Positions 46,625-59,447 of a stretch of 64,000 nucleotides of DNA are shown here, in pieces. Origin of the DNA: Blepharisma stoltei ATCC 30299 (taxonomy: Eukaryota > Protista > Ciliophora); the NCBI GenBank assembly GCA_965603825.1, contig CBFDEM010000025.1:372001-436000 (forward strand), written 5' to 3'. Under the pieces are notes generated by a model. The model worked only from the letters and a program-made list of their open reading frames with translations. It was not told where the DNA came from and did no database searches. The first letter of the stretch is position 1. Every line of letters starts with the position of its first letter. The translations under genes and the position numbers were made by a program.

Positions 46625-47185
46625 TTACATGACTGCACACTTGTTTACACATTTTTGCTGCTGCTTAGGCTCTTCTTCTTTTTCTTGAACAATAATTGTG
46701 CTTGATTTATATTTCTTTGACAGCTCATCTACTTCTTCAAGGACTTTTTTCCCTGACCCTTCTACTGTTCCTCCTCTAGATATTCTATTTAGCGTCAAAG
46801 CGATTTCTTGGACGTCTGCAATTTGATTTGCAATTTCAGCACCTGTCTTTTTCTTCCCTGATTTTTGGTATCCTTCACGAATTAGTTCGTAAATGCTCCA
46901 AAACTCCTCACTTCATGTGTCTTGGTAATCTGAGCCATATTCGTTAAATTTCTCCGCACAGTTTGTGATTTGCTGTTGGACTGAAGGGTCGTCAGCAGTT
47001 TTTGCGAGAGATTGAAGACCTAGCAGTATAGAATCCTCAAGAATTATGTATTGGTTAAGTAAAACTTCAAGTTGTGCTCGTGTGATAGATTGGGCTTTCA
47101 TCTGTTCTACGACTGATTCCATTACGCTGAGTCTGTCTTCAAGATCATCTGCATCTCCTATTTGAGTCTCCAATGATTCGGCCAT
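46625..47185 (-). CDS. Hypothetical 186-aa helical protein ending in a CaaX prenylation box
   Basis: The 90-aa ORF continues through TGA (46913-46915) to ...QQQKCVNKCAVM-TAA. Confidence 0.75.
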
Positions 47186-47430
47186 TTATTAATCACATTT
47201 CTCTAATCATAGAAAATCTGGATTAATAATATAATATTTGAAGAAAATTCATATATGCTTGATAGTTTTTATAGCTAATTGAATAAAAATGATTTAGTCA
47301 TGTGAAAATTTCAAATTTAATTAAAAATAAAAATGAAGCCAGAGAATAAAGCGAATTCAATGATATAAGTTAGAAGTTTATTTCATTTTACATAAATTGT
47401 TAGCTTAAATAGTATCTCAATCAGGCATAA

Positions 47431-49953
47431 TTAATGTCAGTCAAACTTTGCTATCTTCTTATTATTTTTTAGTATTGACTTCCAATGAAGGGCTTTTTTG
47501 AGAATTTTCTCTTTTTTATCTTCATCTTTTTCAAATTTTAACAAAGTTATAAACTCATCAACAGCATAAAGCCCATCATCAATATTTGATCTATATTTGG
47601 CTGAATATTTTGCGATTTTATATAAAAATATGGGATTCGACGATATAGAAAATCCTGCAAATTCTTTTTCAGGTTTTGGCATTGAGCTAAATTCAACCTT
47701 TTCTTCATAATATTCATTTTCATCATCGCTCCATTTTTCTTCTTCTATTAAAATCGACAGACCATCAAATTTTCTGCTTGTTTTCCTTCTGCCGTACTGA
47801 TCACTAAAATTTTTAATAGCTTTTCTTTTATTTTTCAATACAGGAGGGCTCATTATCGGTTTAGGTGCAGCCTCATCATCTAAAAAGTCTACAGATATTT
47901 CTCTATTTCATGTCTTATACGAAGGAATAAAATTTTGGTGAATGTCAATTCTTTCTTCTGCTTGAAAACTGCCATTAGGAATACTATTTAATTCTTCATA
48001 TGTAGTAGCTTTTTGAAGATATTTTGTGTATGGGAGCTCAACATATGGCATTGGAGGAAAGACTTTAGCTAAACATTTTAATACAAAAATGGCTTTGCTA
48101 TGAAGCTTATTATATATTAAAATCTTGGAGTATAGGAGATGAGCTTTAATTCAGTCAGGTGTGGAAATTTGAGGGTTATTACAAAATTTTATCATTTCTT
48201 TTCCGATTTCTTTCATTTGCTCGTAGTCTTGGCCTTGCTTTAAGCATTCTAGTAAAATAAAGTAAGCAATTAAGGGAGGGTCATTATTTTCAACTATTTC
48301 CTTTAAATCAGCTATTGCTTGTTGTTTGTGTCCTGCGAGCCACATAATTTTTGCCATATAAACATTTGCTACAGGTTTATTATAAATTTGGAATTCGTTG
48401 CAGAGTGATTTGCAATGCTTTAAATTGGGTTTCTCTTCTGACGATAATTCATTTCTTAGCAGCTCATATGCTTTCATAGTAGGAGCTAGAACACTGACTG
48501 CTCTCTTAATTTCGTCTGCTTTCTTTTTCTCTTTGGAATTCAAAAAGAATAAAGCTTTTTTCATCGCTTTAAGAGCTTCTGTATATTGCCTATTCATCAA
48601 TAATCCTTTGGATAGCCAATAATAAATGCTTCCATACCTACCTTTATCACATAGTCTAAGACATTCTTGCAGAGCACCAATCGCAGAGCCCGTAAAAAAA
48701 TAAACTTCTGATTTAATACAAAGTCTCCCATATTGGTATAAGAATATAGGAAAGCTCGAGTTTTCTATATATTTTTGTTGCAGCAATTCAAAACAGTTAG
48801 AGTATTTCCTCAATTTAAAGAAACTTTTTGCATAACTAATTCATAATAATGAATGATATTGAGAATTATCAGTACCCCCAAGCCTGATAAAAGCTTCAGC
48901 AGCAATATCTTCAGAAGCATTGTAATCTCTGATTGTATAATAATAAATTTGCCATAGCTTCATGTAAGCTTCTGGCCTATTTGCATAAATTTTAACTAAC
49001 TCTTTTAAAATTTCAATGCTCTTTTTATAATTTCTGTCTTGGGCATAAATTTCTGCCCACGCAAGATATCCATAATAATTATCAATTTCCTTGATTTTTG
49101 TCGCATAATACATCGGAGATTCAATTTCTAGCCCCTCAAAAAGCGTTTTAGTCTGAGCTATTATCATATTTGCTCAAAGATTTTCTATGCTGGGATTAAC
49201 TTTATTCAGGATGCTCAATAATTCTCTATATATTAAATGGAATGACTGAGCTTTTCTCTGGTTTGTGCAGCAGAATCAGTTATATCATTTCCATGAATTC
49301 CCCAACTCAACTGAGCTGATCACGCCATTTATGCTTGGATCTTTCAATGCTCTTAAATATAGCACGATATATCATATTTTATAAGCTTTGTCTTCAGAAA
49401 TCTCAATTGCTTTTTTCAAATGTCTCAAAGCCTGCTCAAAATTATTTTCATACGCCAAAAGTTTTGCAATCCCGAAATGAAGCTCATGGGAATCATCAGC
49501 CTTGCTGAGCATTTGCAGGAAAATTTCTTTTGATCTGTTAAATTCATAGTCAGGAATGATATTTCCAATTGTTTTTCTCTCTACAATAAATCACATAAAG
49601 CAGGAATCGATATCTAATTTAACAGCTGCATCAATTGAATGTGACTCAAAATCAGAAGCAAAGGGCTCTCTATGTCTTTTTTTGGCTTTTATTTCGTTTT
49701 GCATGATTTCTTCCATGACTTCTGAGTTAAATTGGGAAAGTCTTGGAGTTTTATTTTCGGTGCTGCTATACTGCTCTTTCCTTGTCTTTTGTCAGAGTTT
49801 GCTGTTTTTTGGATTGGTTTTTAGCTTCGATTTGCAGAGATTTATGAAACCTTCATTGTTCATAGGAGAGACTTGGCCAGATAGTTTAAAAGGGCATAAG
49901 TCAATAGAGCCATTTGATAAACGGCCATCATCACTTTCTTCTGTAAACATCAT
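47431..49953 (-). CDS. TPR-like alpha-solenoid protein (840 aa; 10 in-frame TGA)
   Basis: Single frame from ATG 49953 to TAA 47431 with no TAA/TAG between. TPR-like helices (HFGIAKLL...FEQALRHLKKAIE; YLAWAEIY...PEAYMKLW; YYWLSK...EALKAMKKAL). Confidence 0.8.
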
Positions 49954-50322
49954 TATTTTAGAAATATGTATTAAATATAAAGGACTGTTTTATTCTAATG
50001 CATTTCTTGCTATTTAAATATGAAATATGGTTGAAATTAAACGAATATTAGCGTTTTTCTTAAATTATCGTTCTTAACAATATAAAATATAAGCAAAATC
50101 CATAAACTTATATCCTTGATGCATATATGCTATCAGGAAATAAATTAAATCCTGAAATATCAAGAAATTTATTTAACTATTTAAGAAATTTATATAAGTT
50201 TATAATTATTTTGTCATTCGTGAAAATTAGCATCAATCATCAGCTAATTCTGTTTCATAGAGAATTTTTTATTATTATCCCTTTCTTTTATAATTGCTAT
50301 TTAGAAAAGTGAGAAGTTTAGC

Positions 50323-50745
50323 TTAATCGACTGAGGAAATGTCTTTCTTTGCCCATTTTCCTTTGCTCTTATTGTGAGCAGCCTTTCTTTCAATAAGGTT
50401 CTTTCTATCCCTATCAATTTTAAGCTTGGTGATGTAAACATTGCTTGGGTCGATTGGAATGTGAACAGTTTGGCCATTGCTTTTTTCCTTTGTAAGTCTT
50501 TCAATGTGGACTCTGAATTTTCTTCTGTAAACAGTGATGACTTTGCCAGCGTGAGTCTTGTTAAGACCTCTAACAACGACAACTTCGTCACCTTTGCGGA
50601 TTGGCATTGATCTTACTCCATGTTTATCGCGTAGCTCTTTAGATAAGTGAGAACTCATGAGTTTTCTTCGAATGTGTGAAGGAGCTGCGAAATGAGCTTG
50701 TCTGGATTTTCTTCTTGAGCTACTTACAGAAGGGTTCTGCTTCAT
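50323..50745 (-). CDS. RPL26: 60S ribosomal protein L26 (uL24)
   Basis: [33 protein letters not shown]...[15 protein letters not shown]...EKSNGQTV...[15 protein letters not shown]. Confidence 0.98.
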   Translation of the reverse strand: MKQNPSVSSSRRKSRQAHFAAPSHIRRKLMSSHLSKELRDKHGVRSMPIRKGDEVVVVRGLNKTHAGKVITVYRRKFRVHIERLTKEKSNGQTVHIPIDPSNVYITKLKIDRDRKNLIERKAAHNKSKGKWAKKDISSVD

Positions 50746-51377
50746 CCAATTAATATGGCGTATAGAACCATAAACTTCAAGAGTTTATATAATTAAATCA
50801 GGCCTGAACAAATTATTATGCAAAGCAAGGAACTTGTGCTTATTTCAAGATGAAATTGCTAAATATGTGAAGATATTGATTATGGATTCATATTAAAGTT
50901 ATTGAATATAGCTGTAGTTAATTGCATTCAGTATTTCTATCGATCAAAACATTTCTTGAAAACTGGTGCTGGTATAGCTTATATTTATTTTATCTGGCAA
51001 GCTTCATAAGACTTTGAAATTGATCTATTTCAAAAGATGATATCACTTAGAAAAAAAGCTAATTCTCACTTCATATCTGCGCATGCTGCTAAGTCAATGA
51101 AGGATTTGATCAAGACCCAAATGAATTTAAAATATTAATCGTTATATAAATTTATTCGTAAATAATATCATCGAAATTTATGATGCCTTAAGGACAAGCA
51201 TTAATCTCTACTGATTGTTCTGGGAGAAAGATTCCCAAATATGAAATTATTCGTTGCATATTAGCTTGGCCACTTTAAAAATTGTCGAAAAATTACAAAA
51301 CATTCTAAAAAATTGTAATAGGATTAGAGCTTGCAAATTACTCAAAGCATAATAATTTAATTTATTATCTATTGCAA

Positions 51378-52898
51378 ATGTCTTGCTTCAAGAATGGATG
51401 CCACGAAAAGTCAATTCTTTGATGTGAGTGCAATGAAAAGATCACTTTAGTATGCAATAGCCATATTTCTGAACATATCAGCTCTTTTCCAAGCTCAATC
51501 CAGCATCAATTTAAGCCTCTTTCTTTTTCAGAAGCCTCAAACGAGACAAAAAGAGCATTACTAAAGTACTTTAATTTTCGAATAACTGAATCAATGCTTA
51601 TCAAAGCAAATCTAATTCAAAGTGCGACAAAGCGAATCAATGATATTGAACAAAAATTACAAATTGACATAAAAAATCTTCACAAGGAATTAAATTCCTA
51701 CAGATTTCTTATAAAAGAACTGCATTCCACTAAACACATTCCAAATATTGGGCGAACTTATTTGCAGGAAATAACTCTTCTTCCCTACTCTGAAGCTATC
51801 ACTAAGGCAGAAACCTTAATCTCTGACTCAAGAGTTAAAACAATAAGTTTGCCACTTGAAAATATAGAAAACCTACAAACCTCTATAACTCGTTATGATT
51901 TTCAGGTTAGATCTGAAATCAACTACAAAAATTTTTCCAATTTATATACATTTAATGGGCATCGAGAGTCAGTTAGACAAGTTCTATTCCCTTATAGGAA
52001 TATCAACTATATCATTTCAGCAAGCATGGATGAGACGGTAAGATTATGGTCTTTGCTTACTCAAAAAGAAATACGAGTCCTAAAAGGCCATGATAGGCGA
52101 ATTAATTCATGTGCAATTTCTCCATGTGGGAACTGCGTTGCCTCAGCAAGCTCAGATAAACAAATTAAGTTGTGAAATGTTTACAAGCAAAAAGTTATCA
52201 AAGTTTTAAAAGGGCACCAAAAATCAGTAAGGGGAGTTGTCTTCTCTTCTTGTGGGCAATTTTTAGCTTCTGGAAGCAATGACACAACAATAAGATACTG
52301 AAATCTAAAAACTTATAAAAGTGTCTGTTTTAATGGTCACTTAGATGAGATTACATCAATTTCTATGTCAAGCGATGGAGCTTATATTGCTTCTGGGAGT
52401 AGAGATAAAACAGTAAAATTGTGGAAAATCTCTACAAAAGAGATTTTGAAAGAATATAAAGGGCATGCATGTGAAGTAAGGTGTGTTGCTTTTTCCCCTG
52501 ATGGAAAGCAAATAGCTTCTTGCGATGTTAATGGATTAATTTTTATATGAAGCGTTGAAAAGGAATCACCTTGTAGGGAACTTATTGGGCATGAAGATAG
52601 AGTTGACGGATTAGCATTTTCGCCATGTGGAAAATTTATTGCATCGGCAAGCAGAGACAAAACCATTCGAATTTGGAATTGCGAAACTGGAGAAATTATC
52701 AAAGAGCTTATTGGGCATTCAGAGAATGTCAGGTCAGTCGCATTTTCTTATTGTGGGAAATATTTGGTATCTGGAGCTGAAGATTGCTCTGTCAAACTGT
52801 GGGGAATTAAGGAAGATAAATTTAGCCATGAAACTCCAGGCTATGCAACTGTAAATATCTCCAACACTAAATCTCATGATTATATCACCTGGTTATAA
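51378..52898 (+). CDS. WD40-repeat protein with N-terminal Cys/His cluster (506 aa)
   Basis: ATG 51378 (MSCFKNGC...*CEC...C..H...H), then about 7 canonical GH...D.T..W repeats; TGA sits at repeat-terminal Trp (IKL*N, IRY*N, IFI*S). TAA at 52896-52898. Confidence 0.88.
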
Positions 52899-53039
52899 TA
52901 AATTTTTATTAAATAATAAACATAGTACATAGTGTAGTTAAAGGGAGACCATAAATAAAAAATGCCAAAAGCTACTCAGATTAGACTAAGAAAAATTTTG
53001 TATTATTTTTAGTTGTATTATATTTTGAATATTTAAAAT

Positions 53040-54845
53040 ATTGAGGGTTATTGTATAGCTTACTGTTCTAGTATCCTTAGAGACCGTACAAGTTATATCC
53101 CACTGCACTCCTTTAACCATTTTTCTATAGGAATAGTCAAATTTTTATCCTTTTGTCCAGAAAGGAATGAAGTCAGGGTGCAGTCGGTCCAATCTAAATG
53201 ATTGCTACAAGTCCACTTATAACCAAGAGGAACCCTCGAATTAGGATCATCCGGGTCTTTAGATCCAATTGCGTTAACAGTAAAATCCTTATTTCCATTA
53301 ATATCCCCGCCGCCCGTGGATAATTGAATGAAAAGTGGTGACGAAGCCACTGCAATAGAAATATTAGCACTCCCCTTTACTAAAGTTCCAATATTATTTT
53401 GAGTAGCAAGTACAATAAATACATATGGACCGCCTAGAGACAGCAAATTATGTGAAATTGATAACTTTTGTGTATTGGAGCTAGAAACAAGATTAGACGC
53501 TGCAGTATTGCTGGCCCTGATTTATAAGACCATTTCCAGGAAATTTTACTTGTGGAGGAGCCTCCACAGACAGCTGTAACCCAAGCTTCACCTCTCTAGA
53601 GTCTGAGGCTTTCATTGAAATAGTATCTCCTGAGTCAAAAGAAACAGTCAGCACCTCTTGAGGAGAAATATTAGTTGTCTGAGATGCAGAATCCGTTAGG
53701 CCAAAGGTATTTGTAACTTGAACAGTCACTGTTAATGAAGAACTTATACTGGATTTATTAATTGAAATAGAAGATCCTGATTGTGCGCCTAAAAATGTTT
53801 TTAAGCTTGGAATTGTTGAGTTTCATTTATATCTCAAAATAGAACCATAACTCCCAGTTGACTTGCCAGCAGAATAAGCAAGGGGCCATTATTGCAGCTA
53901 AGAGAGACTGACTCCAGCCCTGATAGCTTGGCAACTGGGCTTGGAGTTGTGGGCATAGAAATATTTATGCTAGCGGCTGATAATTATTGGTACAGTCATC
54001 TTGTGAATTTTTAACAATTCATGTGCCATCTAGATTTATTGTGGAGCTTCTAAGGCTAAATCCACTTCCCAAAATAATTTTAAGAGTCTTAGAATCTGAC
54101 CAAGAGCACAGTGGGTTGCTTTCCATCAATTGAAGGGTGTCATAAGTCAAACCTTATTGGAGGAAGGATCTATTTTGGCATCTATTGGGACTTTGGGATG
54201 ATATTGTAACAAATGCATATGATGAGCTGTATGCAGCTGATAAAACATCAGCAGGAGCCAAATACTTTTTGCAGGCTATACATTTGTTATAGGATATAGA
54301 GTACCAGAATTGCAGATACAGCTTTTTGACGCTGAATCATATGAAGAATTCGTTGTGCACACACAAGTAGTCCCAGCTAGCTCTGTATTTGTGACGCATG
54401 CAGTGCAGTTTTGCCCATTAGAAACAGAAAAAGAAGTGCAAAGATCATTGCAAGTTGCTACACAATAATTATTTGCATTTAAAGAAAAGCCACTATTGCA
54501 AGAGCATATTCCATTTGACCCTTTTGTGCATTATTTTTGCAAGTTAAATAATTTGTTAAAGAGTTGCGTAATAATATAATGGCTTGGTTCGTAATTAAAG
54601 AATCTATAAGCGATCTTAAATTATAAATCAGAAGAAGTTTCTCCTCTTATGGTTTCAATCGCTCCAGCATTGTTATCCTTTTGACGAGCAGTGCTTTCTT
54701 GGGCTGGATGATAGATACTTTTACGGCCTTCGTCGATTGAGCTAGAGTCAAGGTTTGAGTTTATTAAGTCTTTGGATGAATCTGAAGTACTTTTTCCATC
54801 AGCATGAATTAATAGAAGCAGAAGAAGAGACAAAAACTTTAACAT
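53040..54845 (-). pseudogene. Decayed secreted/surface protein gene: signal peptide, polar pro-region, Cys-rich repeats, REJ/PKD-like domain
   Basis: MLKFLSLLLLLLIHADG signal; CxxC-rich fragments about 54250-54550; REJ-like GSKDPDDP...YKWTC and TVSKDTR. Broken by TAA/TAG and frameshifts, truncated near 53040. Confidence 0.6.
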
Positions 54846-55949
54846 TTTTATTATCAACTCGAAATTTAGCTCAAATATTTAATTGGTCTAAAATCTCATA
54901 CACCTCTTGCATCTGCGTAGCGTGTCTCTGGAATATCGGATATAAAATCTGGCTTTTGGCCTGCTAATACATTTTGAATAAGCATTTAAATCTGTAGAGA
55001 GAAGCCATTAAGAGGGCATTTGCTAAAAGTCTAGATTTTTGTATTTATTTGCTTTGAGAGCATGCTATATGCTTAACCATGGAACCTAGTCTTGATAATA
55101 CAAAATATAGAGATAATTACCTCCATTAGAAAGCAAAACCATCAAATTAAAAATCTTCAAAATTTAAATAAAAAGCTTAAATGTAAAAATTTCAGTAATT
55201 GGATTGCAATCTTTTCAGGCATAAGCATCATGCATTGTATTTATTCTGTATGCCCACTTCATAATCAATGTTTTCTCTAAATTCCAGTCGTTCCAAGTTT
55301 CTCCTTATCAAATCTACGCTTCTTCCATTATTCTCCACACCAAATGCATGATTTCCAGGACAAGATATCAATCTTTTCCTTCTTTAGAACTCAGATCCAT
55401 TAAGTGAGGTAAAACAATTATGATTTAATAAAAATTAGCCTCTCTTCAGAGGTAAGCAAAATATTTTTGTTTTTAAAAAATTTATATTGATACACATCTT
55501 TGTCATGAATAATTGTAAGGGAAAGTGCACTTGCATGCATATTTGATTAATCCTTGCATTCTGAGTTGAAATACTGCTTCATCTCCATTTCCTATTATTT
55601 ATAAAACATATTCGCATTCTATATTATTTAAGCTGAATAAATTATAGATATAGCTATTTAAATGTATATCAAAATATATTTTCACCTTATCTAAACACCA
55701 AACAATTTTGGAAAAGACCTTAAAATCTCAAAATAGCTATTGATATTTATTTAATTATCATTTTAGTTTATATGCTCTAATACTTCAAAACGTTGATATT
55801 GAAATAAGCATCTATCACTTATAAAATATAATAAGCCCAAATTTATGATAGAAAAAGTAACTTAAGCTTTAGATTTTCTCTCTTCAACTGGAGGAAAAAC
55901 ATTTAAGATGAAGTATCTTGCAATCATAGAAAGTTTTCCATGACGAAAA

Positions 55950-57790
55950 CCTCAATGAAAATCCCCCAAGGAAGCTTGCAGCCCAATATCCACTTATCTA
56001 AGCATCAAAATTCCAATAATGGAGCCAATAATAAAAACTCCTATAGATACTGCAGCTGCTGAGCATTTTGGAGCTTATTCCTGTAGATGCTAAAGGCAAC
56101 ATCAATAAAGATTTCAATAGGCATTGCAATTGCCAAAGCGGCAATCATGCATCCAAACTATATAGCCTCATAACCATCAGACAAGGTCTCAGTGTCTATT
56201 TCTGTTCCTGCACTAATATTTTCAGACCCAAAGAACAGCAATCCTTCAAGCAGTAACTCAAAATGATAAGGTAAAGAGTCGAGTGACTTTAGTGAAGGAA
56301 GATCTATAGTAGATGAGTCCGAGAACTAAATGGTCTTCAAGTATCCTTAATTGATAAATTTGTAATAAAAATTATATATAACGATTTTTGATTATCTTGT
56401 CCTAAATTAGGAATTGAGACCAGCCTTTTTAAATTTTACTTCCATCCTATGCCTTTGAATCCTGCTAAGAGGCACAAAGAAATTCATAAGATATAAGTTT
56501 GCATTTAATCTGCACTTAGAAAAGCCTAAGCTACCTGCTAAATCGTAGGAAATTCATAAGACAGAGTCCAAGAGCAAAGAGGATTAACTGGAATATCTGC
56601 TGAAACCTTAAAGTTATATTCTTCTTTAAGAAAATTTATCCCCCAATTAGCATTTAGAGATTATTAAAACACAGGCACAATTGAAGTGCCCAGTCAAATA
56701 TTTCTCTATATGCCAAATATGGGAGAAATTTTTCTGGTTGATCATAGTCACAGAGGTATATAATGCTACAAGCTGTGCCTATCACATCTGAAGGAGCAAG
56801 ATATTTTTTGCAAATAAGGCATTTTCCATTAGAAAATATATAGCAAAGCTACAAAAACAGCTTTTGGTCGCAGCATCATATGCTGAATTAGCTGCATGCA
56901 CAAGCAACTCCATTTAACTCAGCCTTAGTAACGCATGCAGATCATTTATTACCATTATTTGCATCACAAGAAGTGCAGAGATTGTTGCATATAGCTATTC
57001 ATTAATTTGCCGAGTTTAATGCAATACCAAAGCTGCAGGCGCACATTTTATTTCTTAGTAATGTTTTAGCTTTGTGTGCATTACAATTGGTTGATGAAGA
57101 GCATTTTGAGCAGAAAAGAATGCATTTGTGCCTGATGGGTAATACCCAGTATTAGAGAGAATGTGCATTCAATAATATTTTGGCTTGCATTGTCAGCAGA
57201 TTTAAGACTTTTGCAGCGGTGTTAAGGTCGTGCATTGATTTGTGCAAGGTTTACAGGTATCTATGTCTTGATAGAGTGCAGATAGATGCACTTTAAAATA
57301 TATTTAATGGTGAAAAATAGTTCAAAAATGTGATATTAGCAATAAAGATATCATTGCAAGATTTTGATTCAGCATCAAATAAATCTAGGCTAGCATGTTT
57401 CACAGCTTCCACAATTAGTTTTTGAGCATGTTAAGCAGTTAGGAATTGAGCACTTACATGATGGAGATTGAAACTGGAAGCATACCTTACAAGTGCAAGT
57501 ACCTAAAGAACCTGAACTTGCCATGTTTACTGTATCTTTCCAGGTTAAGTAATCTGAGCTGTGTGGTCTCAAACAAATTCTACAGATAGAGTCACATGTT
57601 ATACAAATACTTTTCGTATTATCCCAATATTAATATGAATCTTTATAAAGCAATTTGTTTTTGAAAAAAATTATAATAATTTTTAAAATTTTGGACCTCC
57701 TTTAATGTCTAGCAAATATAGGGGAAGCAAATAGGATTGTATAATTGCAGACTGTACAAACTTTATTAGAATTATCCCAATATAGCTTAG
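55950..57790 (-). pseudogene. Heavily degenerate Cys-rich surface protein with PKD1-like multi-TM C-terminal module
   Basis: Furin-like CxxC fragments (YWDN..K.C..C, CSIPNCLTCSKTNCGSC). The segment about 55980-56340 is visibly homologous at DNA level to 59470-59850. Many stops and frameshifts. Confidence 0.5.
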
Positions 57791-57799
57791 CCAATATTT

Positions 57800-59255
57800 T
57801 TTCTAGCAAGGAACCTACAAATCCTTCTCGGATTAGGTAAACCTTTTCCGTGGTTTCCATTGGCATTATAATACCCTTCCTCGGTCTTATTTGTGTAACC
57901 TTTACCCAATTTTCGTTCTCATAATGCTCATCTTTGGCACTTATCTCGTAGATAGATTTCCTAGTAACTTTATAGGTCTCTATCTCATAGTGATAAGCAT
58001 TTATGGGAATTTTGCTTCTGATTCCTCATTCACACGTACTTTAATTTCTCTCGTGAACTAATTTCAAAAAAAATGCCCAATCTCTCTCTGTGATATCATT
58101 CTAACATGAATGAATTCTGGGCGTTTTTTTATTCTGCTCAGCTTGTACCACCTCACTTTTTTCTTCCTATACTATCGTTTTATTAATGCTTAAGTCTTTG
58201 GTTTCATCTTTTTGCCGATCTTCACCTTCCTTCATTACTCAAAATGCTGTAGCGAGCCTAGGCTTCCCATTTTTGTCCAATTTATTATTAAACTGAGACC
58301 CTAAGTGTTTGGATGTATTTAAGTTATTTCTCCTGGGCTTCTTCAAGACCTTTATCTGATTCTTCCACTCTCTCAGTTTTATGATTCTATCGAGACTATC
58401 ATAGTTCCGACATGGCAATTCATATTCATCTGCCCTATTACAAGATAATCCAATAAATTTAACGCTTCTTCAAGATCTGCAAGCTCAACATAGAATTATT
58501 ATTTTGATTCTGAGATGAAATTAAAGGTTTGAATCTTTCCTTCATGCATTGCCTGTCCTGCACACAAGCTTCTTTTATTTGCACTTCAATTGCAAAGAAT
58601 TAATTGCCTCTTCGATTGCCATATCTGGGGACAAAGTACAGTTTATTCGATATCTTTTATAGTTGTCTCCCATTCCAGCAGGAAGACCAACTGACACAGC
58701 GATTCCTTTTCTTTTATACCTAACGGAGAGCAGGTTGATTCTGAGAACTCTCGATAACTTGTCTCCTCCCAGAAGACTACTACTGCATCGCCTTAGGGGG
58801 CGTATAGGATCTTAGTATCGATCCTGGAGGAAATTTGCTGCACATTTCTGTGCAAAAGATTAGCTAGAGGTCCTTCTTCTTTATCTGGTCCGACCCCTTT
58901 ATATATTTTGAGAAGTTTATTTTTGTTGACCACTGTTACAAGCCTTTTCCTTTGAATTCCTCGCTAAGCATGAACAACATCAAATGCCTATTGATGGGCT
59001 GATATTGAATAAATTTCCGAGATACTGCTAAAGTCTTCTCTTCATATTCTCGATTCAGTAAAGAAGTTGAGGAAAACCTGTCCAATGTCCTCCATGTTTA
59101 AAAATGTTTTTTTTACTTATCAAGAGATTAAAAAGGTCCCTAGGACTCGTTCGACTTGGAGCAGACTCTCACCTCTTGATTACTTGCAATTCTCAAGGTT
59201 ACCAAGAAAGGCTCAACGTGAGGGCATGCAAAAAGTGTACCGCTCTATACTTGAT
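57800..59255 (-). mobile_element. Degenerate non-LTR retrotransposon (reverse-transcriptase) remnant
   Basis: RT-like motifs in the expected order on the minus strand across frameshifts: KGVGPD (58883-58900), RINLLSVRYK (about 58713-58742), DLEEAL (about 58460-58477), RADE...LDRIIK.REW (about 58360-58435), KHLGSQFNNKLD (about 58275-58310). Boundaries are approximate. Confidence 0.45.
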
Positions 59256-59447
59256 TAGAATATTTTAAAATTTTTTCGATGTTTTAATTATTTTTATAAA
59301 ATTAACGATAGTATTTTAAGTGGTTCATATCTAACCAAAGAATAAAAGGTATTTAAGTTTTAGGCTTCACTGTAATAACTCTTGAATAAGACTTTATGAG
59401 GAAGTATCTAATAATCATGAAAATGGTTTCAAAAATAAAGACTTCAC

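Noticed and set aside
1495-50610. Numerous 60-150-aa ORFs antisense to or out of frame within real genes (e.g. 9718-10176, 22907-23263, 36214-36546, 49556-50017)
   Set aside because: They overlap well-supported genes, mostly lack ATG starts or domains, and have typical antisense Ser/Phe/Leu-rich composition.
1-52898. TGA as selenocysteine, or TAG as Gln (other ciliate codes)
   Set aside because: TGA aligns with Trp rather than Cys and occurs up to about 13 times per gene. TAG ends several conserved proteins at their expected C-termini (CDPK, cyclase 1, Tctex1, histidine kinase).
55190-55420. Short W...CPGNH fragment suggesting a zinc-finger remnant
   Set aside because: Needs a frameshift and is too short and degenerate to support a call.
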